This document shows, piece by piece, positions 14,482 through 29,850 of a DNA stretch of 64,000 nt. This stretch comes from Azolla caroliniana. Lineage: Eukaryota > Plantae > Polypodiophyta. The stretch's first letter is position 1; the number at the start of each line of letters is the position of its first letter. Location of the stretch: positions 15,376,001-15,440,000 of the forward strand of contig JBHGNT010000014.1 in assembly GCA_043228905.1 (NCBI GenBank). Reading direction: 5' to 3'. Under the pieces are notes generated by a model. The model saw only the letters and a program-made list of their open reading frames with translations. It was not told where the DNA came from and did no database searches. Made by a program: the position numbers and the translations under genes.

Positions 14482-14726
14482 GTAAGTCTCTCCCCCTTAC
14501 TCCACCACTCCTTGGCTTTTAGGGTTTCGGGCTTAGGTCTCGAGTTTTGGGTCATGATTTGTATGTCTAGGTCTAGGGGCTACAGTTATGCCTCCGGATT
14601 CTCGACAATGCTCTCCATTTCTCAAAATATCTTTGCCCCAGTCTTCGATCTGTTCGGTGATGTGTGAATCTGCCCCTTATTGAGCTTGATCTGTTCTTTT
14701 TTGGGGCCTCTCTTTTTGTTTTGCAG
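14482..14726 (+). other. Actin 5'-UTR (leader) intron with telo-box
   Basis: Donor GG|GTAAGT at 14482 after a CT-rich leader; acceptor TTTTGCAG ending 14726, 22 nt before ATG; TAGGGTTT at ~14520. Leader introns are typical of plant actins. Confidence 0.75.
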
Positions 14727-14748
14727 TTGGGTCACTTAAAAAGGAGCA

Positions 14749-16723
<1,975 letters not shown>

Positions 16724-17659
16724 GAGGGTTCATTGGAATTGTTTCCTTTGTTTTTGAATTTCGTTGGAAAGTGTTTTGAGAGAAGGGACATAACTATTGT
16801 TTTTCTGGTGGTTAATTTGATATTCTGTCCATTATGTTTTGTACCACCTGGTCAAGTTATTGTGAAGTTTTTAACAGTCATTTGCATTGAATCCTGATCT
16901 TTTGAATGAATGCCAATCTTAATTGAATTTTTAACTTTCGTAATAATGTGTCACTGAATGAATGCCATCACAGATCATGTAATGATGTTTTTACATGTTT
17001 TTAGATTCATATGACAGCAACGTGCATAAGCTCCATGATAAGTTCTCAGATGTGGGACTTGATTGACATGGTATGATATGATCTGTGAAGATGTTAGGTG
17101 TTGTGAAAAGCTGTATGGATATTTTGAAGTTTGTAGCTTCTTCCATGCCTAGTCATTCATTTTGTTTTGCATCATTATTGCATATAACAATACAAACAAT
17201 TAACTATAGGCAACTTGAAACAATTAAATATAGGAAATTTCTGTTGGGAAAACACTGCTCAATTAACTGTCTAATCTAGGAGTTCTGATGTGTATATGTG
17301 TATTGTGATATATTGGATGAGGGTTCCATATGGCAGTAATTATATGAATAAGTGATTTGGCTTAGAAGTTAACATCATGAATATGCTATAAGAATGATTT
17401 CTATCACCAATTGGACTAAACTCACGGAAATTTGGCCTATGAAGCTAATGTATACCTATGCATGTGCTATATGTGCTTCTACTGTGATTGGGACAAATGC
17501 TATTGGTAAGGTGCTCTTTAAGGAAGAAAGAAATTGAAAGCATAATAGAGGTCATCATAACTCTATTGAGATAACATGTGTACAAACACTTAAAAGTAAA
17601 AATATCTCTATGAGAAGTGTTTAGAGTAGTGGGAACCTTGGAAATTGTCAACCACAATT

Positions 17660-17915
17660 TTTTAGAAAAACTCAACATAGTCCTCATGTTGAGGATTAGA
17701 AAACTCAATGTAAGTCCTCGTGTTGAGGGCCAAAACCCGTAGCTCCTCATATCAAGATTGAAAGAACTGAACATAAGTCCTCATAGTCGGGATTAAAAAA
17801 CTCAACAGAGAAGTTCTCATGTTGAAGATTTTTAAAAAATCCATAAGTGCTCATGTTGAAGATTTTAAAAACTCAACAGAAGGCTTGGTGCGGAGGATTA
17901 AAAAACTCAATACAT
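17660..17915. repeat. ~33 bp degenerate tandem repeat with internal palindrome
   Basis: About 8 copies of AAAAACTCAACAT(A)AGTCCTCATGTTGA(G/A)GATT; CTCAACAT and ATGTTGAG are reverse complements. Confidence 0.8.
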
Positions 17916-20906
17916 ATATTTTTACTTGGTCAAGATGTCATGTATTCAGTATTGCTAATGTTGAAGTTATATCATCTATCACCCTCATGGGATTTATTCC
18001 TTGTAGATGCCCACTTAGGCCATTGCTACTTGCCACGGCCACTTAGAACTTATTGGTGAATGTTGAATGTGTGACATTATATTTTTTGTCGTTGCTACGA
18101 TGGACCAAGAAGACTTTGCATTCTGTTTTGTAACCTCTTTTATTTTTAGAATGGAGAAAGAGGGATAAGATAGGGATCATATGGGTTCAGTAAAACCATC
18201 TACCTAGTAGCCCCTAAGTGCATCGGGGAATTGAAATATTATTGAACTTATCTACGCATGTAATGAATGGATCATAAATTTTTGTTATTGCAAAATATGT
18301 GATTGCACTCACAAGCATGGATATATGTAATTCAGTATTTTAGCGAGAAGGATGTACCACATAGGAGGACGATGATTACAACATCATGCTTGCAATTTCT
18401 TAATGGAAGTGTTCCACTAAAAAAAATCCTTGTTCTTCATGTGCTCTATAGTTATTTGTCGCATTGCACGACACACTCTCTTTATTACATTGGCCTGGAA
18501 AGAAGAGTCTACACTCTCAATTTAATTGTTTCTTTCATTCAAGGGTCAAAGAGGTGGAAGATGTAGTTGAGGCTTGAATCTCAAAGATTTTTGGACTTTC
18601 TTTAGGCACGAGAAACATCACACATCTCTCCCAATTACTGGTTTATTTGACATAGTCTATAACATTGATGTATGGCAATTTATGTATACAAACTAAAGAG
18701 CAACAATGAGTTGTTTGGTGTTTACGAGGTAAGACTTGGCTTTTACAAGTGAACTAATCTCGTGTACCATTGCTAATTGAATCTCTTTCATAACCATCAT
18801 CTAAGGTTGAGCAAGAATAGAAGATACAACTTTGATGATGGATGATGGCAAATCTTGAAACATAGGTAGTATTCTAAATCATTGCTTCTAACAAGCACTT
18901 TCATTTAGAAAGTGTTGATTTGGGGTTTACTTTTAGGATTACCTCTAAAGACACGTGGACTAGCAAATACACAATTGCTTCTTTTGTAGTGTTCAAGAAA
19001 AAGATAGTGCCCATCATTTCATATTGTCCAATTGCTCATTAGATTTGGGGTTATATTTGGAAAGTTTTCTAATGTTATTTAATGCCAAGAGAATGAGTAT
19101 TTTCACAATTTACACTTCTTGACCCAAGATCAAAGACAGAGAACGTGAGCTCACAATAATGTCACATGGAAGCTAGGTACGGATTGCAAACCCAAGTAAT
19201 GAACTCTAGCATGTATAGGATATTGTGGCTTACACATTGTGTTATTTGACACCTAGACAGTGGGTGTTTGCACAATTTACACAGGTTGACCTAGAATCAG
19301 AGATGGGGATCGTTTTTCTATTTCTAAGATATTGGGGATTGCGTCATAATTGGAATATGCGCAACGCTTTTGAATTCAAAAGCATATCTACGAAAGTTGA
19401 AGGGAGTAATAATGTGACAATTTTCTTTATAGGAGCAAGTGGGAAATTCTTTCCTCGGTGGAGTGTTCGTCTTGCCTATTGGCAATTCAACATGTTCCAC
19501 TACCCATGTAGTGTAATTAGTGGGTGACCATACTCCATTGTCACACCCATTGTAAGTAGTGTTTTTTACAAACATTTATTAATATAATTGTGTGTTTTCA
19601 CCAAAAAGAATGAATGAAAGAGAGATGTATAGCAATATATCCTAGATGAAAACAAACAGAGGGAAAGCAAGCTCAATTATGTACAATTGGAGCATTTTAT
19701 ACTAGTATAATGCACTAATAATATATCAAGGGCAAAACATGCATGGTCAATTCATCTCCCCCTTTGCGTAAAATGCTCCATCTCATGTCCAAGAGAATCA
19801 TAGGCAAGTCCTACGCAAACAATGTTGCAGATTGGGAATGAGGGAATGGGATCTTGCATGGATAGGTGAATATAGTTCCAATGTTCAAAGATGACAACCA
19901 TTTAGTAGCTTCTATATCATTTGTGACACAAACTTCAATGTTTCTCAATATCACTACAGAACATAGTCAGTAAGAGGTTTTTTCTTTTAATTTTAAGTGT
20001 GCTTTTCAACCCCCTCCATGCACCTTACATCAATTGAAAGTGATTTGACATTGGGGTATGCATTTGCCTCAACTGGATAATTTTAGACATTTTCCACTTT
20101 GGTATCATCACATTGACAAAGAAGCATTCCTTGAGAACTCTCTTATCATGTCCAACGACTAAGCACATTTATTCCAAATTATTTGAGGGAATCTAAATGC
20201 CAAGTTATTGTAAGTTTTGCACTGTTTTCCAATGCCTCACTCTGTTACATAGAGCACATTTTAATCTTGTCATCATAAGAATGACCTCTGGTTTTATGTT
20301 ATTGACACATGACATACTATGAATGCAAAAAATTTCCAATTACTTTCTTATATGCACTTCTATATATTACACTTTTAGTTGCCAGTATCTTACCAACTTA
20401 CACTGCACATTCCATTTAGGCTCCATTCCAGTCCTACTCTGGCATCCACTCAAAAGCCCATAATTTTGGCTAATTGATGGTAGAGCAAGATGACTTATGC
20501 TAAATAAAATTATAGGTCTTAAAGTACAAATCAAGCTGTTCACTCATCATAAGGCACATAAATCAGTCATGAAACAAACCACCAACGATAACTTGCGAGG
20601 CAAGCGAACATCAAACCTTGTTCACCAATTCTTGTCTATGCTGCTCTTGAATATCTTGGATCATACTTTGGTTGTCACGTTTATCAGACTATTTTTTTAC
20701 TTTGAATCAGTTATATCTTGGTATATGGCACATGTTTGGACGTAAGTAGATATGTATATATTTGCTTTTCAAAGTTTTACTGAAAGAGCAGCATATTCTC
20801 CTTGGGTTTAAATCCAGAACTATATAGGCATTTTAAGGAGGCCCTCCTGACTTAGTTTCAAATGGATTTCTTTAATTCAGTGGCTTGAATGCAAATGGCT
20901 GAATTT

Positions 20907-23900
20907 TCATGTGAACTGCTTCAAAAATTCCGTTGCAACAATCCTACCCCGTGTATTCACAGATAGCTTGAGGTCACTGATTTCCTTCTCAATATCCTAC
21001 AAAAATGTAAGAAGAAAAAAAGGACTAAAATCACGAAATGGGATTTTCAGAAAAGAACTTACTGATGTAAGTCATTGATAATAAGTGGAATTAATTTGGT
21101 TATGTGTGCAGATGTGTATAATAATTATTTGGCCTAACAAGTGACTGAATATTTTGAGTAATGTAACAAGAAAACCAGAATGGGAAAGGAAAAATACCTC
21201 AATAAATTGAACCACAAAATCAATCAGCTTGTGTTTATACATCGCTTCACAATGGTAGTTGGTGATGAGGAAACTGATGTCATAACCCTTATAGAAAAAA
21301 AGAAACAATGTAAGATACAAAAGTGTGCCTAGATTGTACAGAAATGTTACTATCAATTTGATGACGTTGAAATGATTATGTACATAAGACATATTTTCTC
21401 ATTACCTGGATCGGCTTTCTACGTAAAACTTCAAAAGATTCTGCCCGCATTGATAAAAATCTCAAAAAATTCTTTGCTAGGAGATTTTCTAGATCATCTG
21501 CTTGCTTTACCTTTACAAAGTTCAGCCATGTAATTTAGGACTAACCAAGCTTCTTTTGTGCAAATACTTTGCCTTGTATCTAGACATTTAATTTATTGTC
21601 TGATAGTATGTATGTTTTGAATAGATAGAATAAAAAGGATAGGATATGTATTTGATTACTTTGACGTTTACACGAAGAGAATTTATGGATGTCTCTATTA
21701 AACATTTTTCCGCCTCGTTTCTGCAAATAAGGACCTGTAAAAGTACTTTGCAGTTTGACATTAGATTGATGCAAAACATATAGCCAAGTAAATTGCCATA
21801 GATATACAAAGCATACCGGGTTCAATAGAAGTTCTGGATTTGTCCTGCATTAAACATGTATACACATCTTTTTACCTCATTTTTCAATCATTGGCATTCC
21901 CATAACTTCGATTCAGTTACTGTTTTCACAAAGTTTACTTCAATCCACAGAACTTACTTGAATTCAACTTCTGGCTTATTATGCCTCTCTACCTCTTGAC
22001 ATGGAAAATTCTGAAAGACAAAAGAACAATCAATAAATGCGAAGAACCAAGTAGCATATATCTGCTTCAACTTTACCAAAATGACACATCTACTTTGTGG
22101 AGGGATAATAAATACAACATACAGTTGAAGTGAAAGTAGTGGGAAAGGATGGTAGAGAAACATCTGAAAAGAAATATGTGCTGGAATCATAATATTCATC
22201 CGGATTTTTTTTTATCAAATCATTATCTTTTGTTAATGAGTAGAATTGAAAGATTTTTGCCTGTTTCAATGGATCATGAATAGTTTCTTTTGTTTGGGTT
22301 CCTGTCTCCACCAAAAAAGTGATTGTAGAATTATTTAATTGAGTTTGCCCTTTCCCCTGTCCATGGAATCCAAGTGTCTTTTTTCTTCTTCAAAATGACA
22401 CACGATTTCACTTGCTGGCTTACGCCCAAATATTCTTATTGCTCAGAATCATTTCATGCAATTTAGTGTTCTTATTCACAAACGTTCCTGATAACTACAA
22501 CTTAATTTAAAGCAGTATCCCCCAGTACTTAAATAGGCATATCCACGACAGCCATATTGGAATCTGCAACCCTAGTTAGTAATATTTTCTTCATGAAATT
22601 GGTGATTCCTTTTAGTTGCAATACCTATTTTCGCCCTTCAACACATTTCATTAAATAGGGATCTAGAGCTATAATTCCGACAGCACTGATTGGGTGCTCC
22701 TGCAAGGTTTGTCTCTATTGTAATTCCTGTCTTGCTACCTAATGCATGCATTGAACCTTGAATTAATAAAATACAATGCAAGTAGTAAGCGACAAATAGA
22801 TTCCGTAAAAAATATAATTTATACTTTGCCCGGGTAGAAAACATCTAGACATAGAAGGCAACTCTAAATGTAGATACATATGTGGTTGAATACAACCATT
22901 TTTATTCCAGGTAATGTTTCCAATAAGCTCACCATGACAGAAAGTGGCACGAAGGATGAAATGAATTTTGCAATTTATGATAACTTTCAGAAGTTTTGGT
23001 TTTTTTGTCTGGGATTCAAACTAACATGAAGCGCAGTTTATAAGAACTATATAATGGTATCATTCTCCTAGACTACATGTCAACTCTCATATGGCCATGT
23101 GTATGCCAGTCTATGTGTCATCTTATTATTCCCAGCATTATATCCTGGACATGCTATGGAACCATTGGCCAGAAATCATGGAATGCGCCCATTAATCATC
23201 TATGAAAATCCCCATAAGTAATCTAGTAGCAATAGCACTAATTAGAGCACCACACCATATATGATAGAAGAAAGCTGGTTTTGAGCTTCTACTTGATCGG
23301 ACCATATTTGATGCCCTATAGGAGAGGTGATATTCCGAACATAGAGAGTGAATGTGAACAAATGGACTTACTTGAAGACACATTGCTGCTGTAAGAGTGT
23401 TGCGTATGCAAGTCAGATATGGTTTTAAATTGGTTGTCTGCCAAAATAGATTTTTCACGATGTTAGCTTGAAATACAAAATGCAAAAACCTTTGCACAAA
23501 ATGTTAGTTTGAAATTGAAAATGTTATTATTAACGGTCAAATAAAGCTGTAGAAACACCATAAACCACAAATTGCTTCTAAGGATATTACATATTGAGAG
23601 TGGTTTTACAACCACTTCTTTACCTCTACAAATCATGTAAAAACGTTTCCTGAGTAAGTACTTCAAATGCATAGTACAACCATTAGTAGTGCACGTAATG
23701 AAACACTTCGCTCAAATATATCTCCAGAGGAAGTATTGAACCTTGTTCAATGAATTTGTAAGACTATTACCAACCATGATTCCAAAGTAAGTAATGTGCT
23801 TGGTTCAAGTGCATTCTCGAGCAAATTATAACCATGTTCCAGAATAAGAATTGAACCTTAGTTCAAATATATTCGTAAGACATATACTAACCCTGCTTCA

Positions 23901-24776
23901 AAGTAAATACTGATACTTAGCTCAAATGTATTGTAATACTATTTCTAACAGTGTTTCCAAGAAACTGCTAAAAATTACTTCAAATGTATGTCTAAATCGG
24001 TTACTAGCCCTGTTTCCAAAGAAACTATTTAAACTTTCTTGAGATGTAGTTGTATGAATACTACTGACCATGTTTCCATGGAGAAACGATTGAAACTTGC
24101 TTCAAATGTTGTTATAGGAAATTCTTTTGAAGTACCCATTTCTGCAGAGCAAGTAGAAACCTGAATCGGGTGTATTTGTAAGACTATCACCAGTCATAGT
24201 TTCATAGTAAGAATTGGTTCAATGGCCTTTGTAAGAATAATACTACAGGCATGTGCATGTGCATATCAATCATATGGACTATGAACCATATTCGAGAAAA
24301 CACTATCACAATAAATTGCCAACACTGTTAGACCATATATCCTTGCCATAACTTGCAACTTATCATCACTAGCCAGACATATATGATTGCCCTAATTTGG
24401 TGTCACTTCCATAATATAGATCTTACTGTAAATTACATAAACAATAAAGCTATACGGGGCAGATTACAATGCAGATATCTACATCAATCTATGATCTTCG
24501 ATGAGCCTCGATCTGGATGAAAATTAGCATTGATATATATCTTAAAACCAGTTTAAATTACATACAAAAAGAGAGCTATGCGGTTAACTTACAGTGCAGA
24601 GATCTACATCAATGTAAGATTTTGGATCGGTCTAGAACTAGATGAAAAAGAAAATTGATATATATCCAGCTTAAACATTACATTATCAGACAGGCAGAAG
24701 AAAAGATGAACAATGACAAATAAAGAGAAAATTGCAACAACAAAAAAAAAAAAAAAAAACTTTTTCCTCTTACCAT
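20907..24776 (-). CDS. ARPC4: Actin-related protein 2/3 complex subunit 4 (169 aa, 8 coding exons)
   Basis: Exons 24774-24776 (ATG only, then GTAAG), 23372-23437, 21958-22010, 21817-21844, 21660-21734, 21406-21510, 21198-21287, 20907-20996, all GT-AG and in phase. Protein: [169 protein letters not shown]. Confidence 0.97.
23730..24260. repeat. Old ~57-60 bp minisatellite in ARPC4 intron 1
   Basis: About 9 diverged units like ATTGAACCTT(A)GTTCAAATGTATTTGTAAGACTATTACTAACCATGTTTCCAAAGTAAGT. Confidence 0.65.
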
Positions 24777-24849
24777 TGTGTGGGCATGGAAGGGATGATG
24801 TTGTAGAGCGCAAACAGAGAGCTTCACATCTGCTCTTGTGTCAGACAAG

Positions 24850-24858
24850 AAACCCTAA
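24850..24858. promoter_or_regulatory. Telo-box AAACCCTAA near ARPC4 5' end
   Basis: Exact AAACCCTAA about 75 nt upstream of the ARPC4 ATG; function inferred. Confidence 0.45.
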
Positions 24859-24917
24859 AAGAGGAGAGAATCGAATGGTTTTCTTGCTCAAGACATCGAA
24901 GGGCAGGCATGCTTGTG

Positions 24918-25095
24918 TCTTCCATGAAGGGCATGTTTGAGAATTAAACAAAACCTGAAGCTTTCCATGAAGGGCATTTGTTTTGGAATTAAACAAAACC
25001 CATAGCTTTTCCATGAAGGGCATCTTTTAGAATTAAATAGACTCCACTATTTCTCCCATGAAAGGGCATATTTTAGAAATTAACCAAACATCCAC
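24918..25095. repeat. ~45 bp tandem repeat (4 copies) upstream of ARPC4
   Basis: TTCCATGAAGGGCAT...TT(A/G)GAATTAAACAAAACC repeated four times. Confidence 0.85.
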
Positions 25096-27275
25096 ACAAA
25101 CAAAAAGGCATCAATTCAAACCCCGCTACTCAACATTGAAAACTTCGGCCGGAAAATCGGATGAGATGTCTCGTTTTTAACGTTTTGGTCCTCCATGGAT
25201 TTGTTCTCAGTTTCCTCGGAAACCCGCTACCTGCTCCTCGAGGCTTTAAAACTTGCTTTTCGGAAATCCGCTCCTCCTCATCCTCGATTTTGTCACGTAG
25301 GTTGCCCAATGGAGATCAGAATGTGGTTCAATCCCGAGCATTCAAAAAGTGGAGATTTTAGTAAAGGAGGGCCACTAGTGCTTCAATCAGGAGAATCATG
25401 ATATCGTCCCTAACCACAAAATCGTAGGTTTTGGCGAGTAGCGTGACACTCTACACTTTCCATTACCTCATGGCATGTTGCCGTGCATAGGAGCGACAAA
25501 GCAACATACGTTTTGGTCAATGAAGTCATAACATTCGTGTGTGTGTGTGTGTTTGTGTGTGTGTGCGCGCGTGTGTGTGTGTGTGTCCATGCCTTTAGTG
25601 AGATTTGACCTCAATTGCACATGTTATCTAATGCATGGATCACTTGTACAAGAAAAAGTGACGAAGATACAATTGATTATTATTTGGCAAGGCTTGGCCA
25701 AGAGGACCCCATGAAACCTCAAAAGATTTCTTTCCTACAAAGAACACCCCCTCATAACTATCAATGAAAACTAAAATCATACACATCTCCATCACATACA
25801 TGAAGTGAAATTCAAATTGTGCATTGTTAGGGCAAGTCTGAGAGTGGGCCATATTCCAAACAACCTTATATGTGCCAAAAGAGTATAACCAAAGTCGTGC
25901 GCAAAAGGGGTTGTCTAATATACATAGTAGTTCGTTCGTGAAATGCCTCTCTAATTTCAATACTCACGTAAAGGGAAAGAGAGACCGAGATGACTAATGA
26001 TACCTAAGTTACACAACTACCATCTGACACTTTCAATAAATGTTTTAAGTATAAGGTTGCACAATAAGGTCATAGTATCGTGAGGCTAGAAAACAAGTTG
26101 TCGTGGACAATGCAAGGCTATAAACATCACTACATGATGATCATATACCACGAACTATGGCTTCGTTCTCAAAATGATGGCATCGATATTTGGAATCCAA
26201 AGCCCATTGGTAGGAAGCCATACATAATACTACTGATTTATTTGACTTTATTTAACAAATTTGATTCTTTATAGCTAAAAAAAGGGACCTACATCTTACC
26301 TCTTTTTTTTTGAATTGTTTGATTCATGCTTTTCTACTTTTACTTTATGAGACAATGTTTGCTTAGGTGGAAATATGATTCTAAAGGCGCATTTTGAAGA
26401 ATAAGTCAATAGTATGTGTGATCTCAAAGGAAATCAAAGAGTTTTTGTTTTTAATAACAATTGTAGCAACAATTCCATAGCTCAAAACGCGTGTCCAAAA
26501 TTTTGAACCTGAAGCTTGGTACTGACTACACCATCGTGTTCATATATAATAATGTATATATTACTCTAATATTTAAGCACGTGAATTCACATGTGTCAGG
26601 CCAAGTGGTTAAAGTCTCTTGTATGAAGTATAAACACATTGTCTTCATATGTACATGATGATTAATGTGTCTAATGATTCGAGAAAACGAAGATCACAAC
26701 GAAATTATTAAAGCTTGAACAAATTAGCATTTTTCGTTTGAAAATTGAAATATTCAAATTGAATCAAGACTAGAATTTGTGTAGTAACATTTCAAATCCC
26801 ACCAAAAAGCGGGTTGTAGCTTCCCACTTGCCCCATTTGGTCTTCCCAACAAATAATTTTGGCATTATCCTATTTTCATATTGTGTATGATAAGTTGGTC
26901 TGCATTTTACTAAAAGATCAACATTTTCATGCATGGTGCTTCACATATTTTCATAGATTTTCTTTGCTAAGATCTAGCGCTAATTTGATCTAGATTGCTT
27001 GTAGTAGATTCAATTCCGAAACAATATAACTAATTTGATATTGGGTCGAGGTTCACAACATTGCTTGAAAGATGTACCTTCGATGATCGTGCTTCCATAT
27101 ATGTCCCTTTGGAGACACCCACATCTTTAAGAGTTAGGAGTTTCTACAAATATCTTAACATGTGTACAAATCACAACATCCTTTTTGTGTATATTGTTTG
27201 GGAAGGGGGTTTATCAATGTAACTTCCCTTATTTGTCTTGCTATGAGCAATCAAATTTCTAAGTTATTTAAAATA

Positions 27276-27588
27276 GGGAAAAGTACCAAGATACCCCTGG
27301 AAGTTCGTCTATTTACCAGAATGCCCCTGGAAGTTCCAAATTTACCAAACTACCCCTATGTCCAAAAAAATACACTTTATAAAGTAAGTACAAAGGACCC
27401 AAAGAACCTCTTAAGTAAAGAAACGTGTGTTTTAAGGGTATTCTAGTAAATAGGGCTTGTAGATTTGAGTGTATAATTACTTTATAAAGTGTATTTTTTT
27501 GGACATAGGGGTAGTTTGGTAAATTTGGAACTTCCATGGGCATTCTGGTAAATAGACGAACTTCCAGGGGTATCCTGGTACTTTTCCC
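27276..27588. mobile_element. Mutator-like MITE (313 bp) with ~110 bp TIRs and 9-bp TSD
   Basis: Starts GGGAAAAGTACCAAGATACCCCTGGAAGTTCGTCTATTTACCAGAATGCCC and ends with the near-perfect reverse complement ...GGGGTATCCTGGTACTTTTCCC. TTTAAAATA at both 27267-27275 and 27589-27597. Confidence 0.93.
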
Positions 27589-28982
27589 TTTAAAATAAAA
27601 TAGATGTGTTTTCTACTTATTTGGGCCACCCAATTGCAATTATATGGTCAACAATTCATCTATGAAGAGAAAATGTTTTTGGAGTTATCAAATTTTTTTG
27701 AGACTTTTGCAAGGTATATTGATTGAAAGGTTGTTTTTTTCATAGTTTTCACGCTTTTCAACGTAGGGTTTCAACATTTATTGACGAGTGGCCAAATTTG
27801 TCATTCTATGTGCCTATGCTTAGAAAATAGAAGCCTCCCACATCATTATCAAGTTGCCTCAACCAAATCTATTAAGACCATTACAAAGCATTTTCATGGG
27901 TGCAAGACCATTTTTCACGATGATCATTCCCAAAATCATGTCAATTGCAAACGCTTTTTTTGTCAATCGTTATCTTTCATCTTCTCGTGTGAAGCTTCAC
28001 GAATAACCTGAGATGATTGAAATGTCTTAATCACATAGTAACTCGTCCATAGTCAACACATCAGAGACAAGTCTTTTACAAAGTTAGCATTAACACTCTT
28101 ATGCTTCGCAATAGTGGAATCAATGCACGTGTTGCAATTTACAACCAGAGGTACGAAGTCACCCTAGGATAACACTCCATCAAGTGCACAAGGAGTAATT
28201 CGTTTGTAGTTAATACATTTAAGACGAGACTATTACAAAACTAATAGTAACACTCTTATGCTTTCAATAGTGGAATAAATTTGAGTGGTTTATTGGTTCT
28301 ATGACATTACACACGTGTTGAAACTTACGACCATAGGTATGAAGTGAGCCTAGAAGAACACTCCATCAAGTGCACAAAGAAGTACATGGATCAATGATAG
28401 TTATGTAGTACAAACAAAGGTAGTACAAACAAGCATAAAATGATGAGGAATCACAACAAAGGTATTGCATTGCTTTTTACTAATGGTGCATGAATAAAAT
28501 AATGCATTAAGTTAATATTTTTCAATCATAAGAACAATAAAGGAACATGACTCTCTCTACAGTGTATTATGACTATCATTTTCCCCACACTCAATCATTG
28601 AGAAATATAACGGTTTTGCATGTTGTAGTTAACCATAGTAATGATAAATATGCTTGACATTCTCTAAATGTAAAAGTTACCATAGCCTTATATTTTCCCA
28701 TGTCCTTGAACAATGTGTAGTGGGTGGCAAGTTAAAAAAGAGAGAGGATATCCTTTCATTAGTGTAAATAGTTTTAAAGATTTTGAACTCTATGTGATCG
28801 ACGAAGGAAACAATCATTTTGGAGGTTGAAAGTGCCAGAAAGGAGTGCCATTCTTGGAGGTCATAAATGGAGTTGTTGTCCACACGAAAAGAAACTCATG
28901 ACGTTGAGAAATTTTGGCATCAAAATCTCCAACTATACAATCCCATTGACCCTTCAAAGTATGAATAAACCATGTCCAACCA

Positions 28983-29850
28983 AATATTTGTAACCAATTC
29001 AATTGGCAATGCAATGCTTTAACTTGATGGAGGGTTACAAGTTACAACTATTTCTAGCTATTATTATACAATGCCTATTTGCTTCAGCTATTTTCAATAA
29101 AGCACTCAAACAATGACAAATTCAACATTATAATCCTTCCATAATGGTTCCAAAATGGTTGTTGAATGACTATTTGCAAATGTTGATCGATGAATAAAAT
29201 ATAGTTGATCTATTCTAGTATCAAAATTTCAATATTATTGACATGTTGTTTTTGACAATTTTCCCCGACATTTTTTTTTATAAAAGTGTTTCAACAAGGA
29301 ACCATTTCTGTAATGGAAGTATTTCTTGACACAATACTAACAACGTTATAGTAATGTTGAATGTCAATATGCAAATGAGATTGCCATTCAAACCACAACA
29401 ATTACAAAGATGGGAAATATTTGTAACCAATTCAATTGGCAATGCTTTAACTTGATGGAGGGTGGCAAGTTACAACTCTTGCGAGCTATTATTATACAAG
29501 GCCTATTTGCTTCAGCTATTTTCAACAAAGCACATAAACAATGACAAATTCAACATTATAATCTTTCCATAATAGTTCCACAATGGTTGTTGAATGACTA
29601 TTTGCAAATGTTGATCGATGAATAAAAAAATATAGTTGATCTATTATAGTGTCAAAATTTCAATATTATTGACATGTTGTTTTTGACAATTTTCCTCAAC
29701 ATTTTTTTTATAAAAGTGTTTCAACAAGGCACCATTTATGTAATGGAAGTATTTATTGACACAATACCAACAAAGTTATAGTAATGTCGAATGTCAATAT
29801 GCAAATGAGACCGATGTTCAAACAACCACTCCAATTACAAAGATGGGAAA
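28983..29850. repeat. ~430 bp tandem duplication
   Basis: AAATATTTGTAACCAATTCAATTGGCAATGC...CAATTACAAAGATGGGAAA at ~28983-29417 and ~29415-29850. A separate ~170 bp diverged pair lies at ~28090-28380. Confidence 0.88.

Noticed and set aside
13569-14667. Several overlapping ORFs up to 174 aa
   Set aside because: Products of simple repeats and the CT-rich actin leader; no protein motif.
17660-17915. CRISPR-like palindromic ~33 bp repeats
   Set aside because: Units are contiguous and degenerate with no unique spacers, no cas genes, and the context is eukaryotic.
17950-20480. Possible decayed transposase or pseudogene between actin and ARPC4
   Set aside because: Looks like decayed coding sequence, but I found no diagnostic motif; needs a translated HMM search.
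25120-25446. Possible small TIR element (CGCTACTC...GAGTAGCG)
   Set aside because: Only ~8 bp of inverted match and no convincing TSD.
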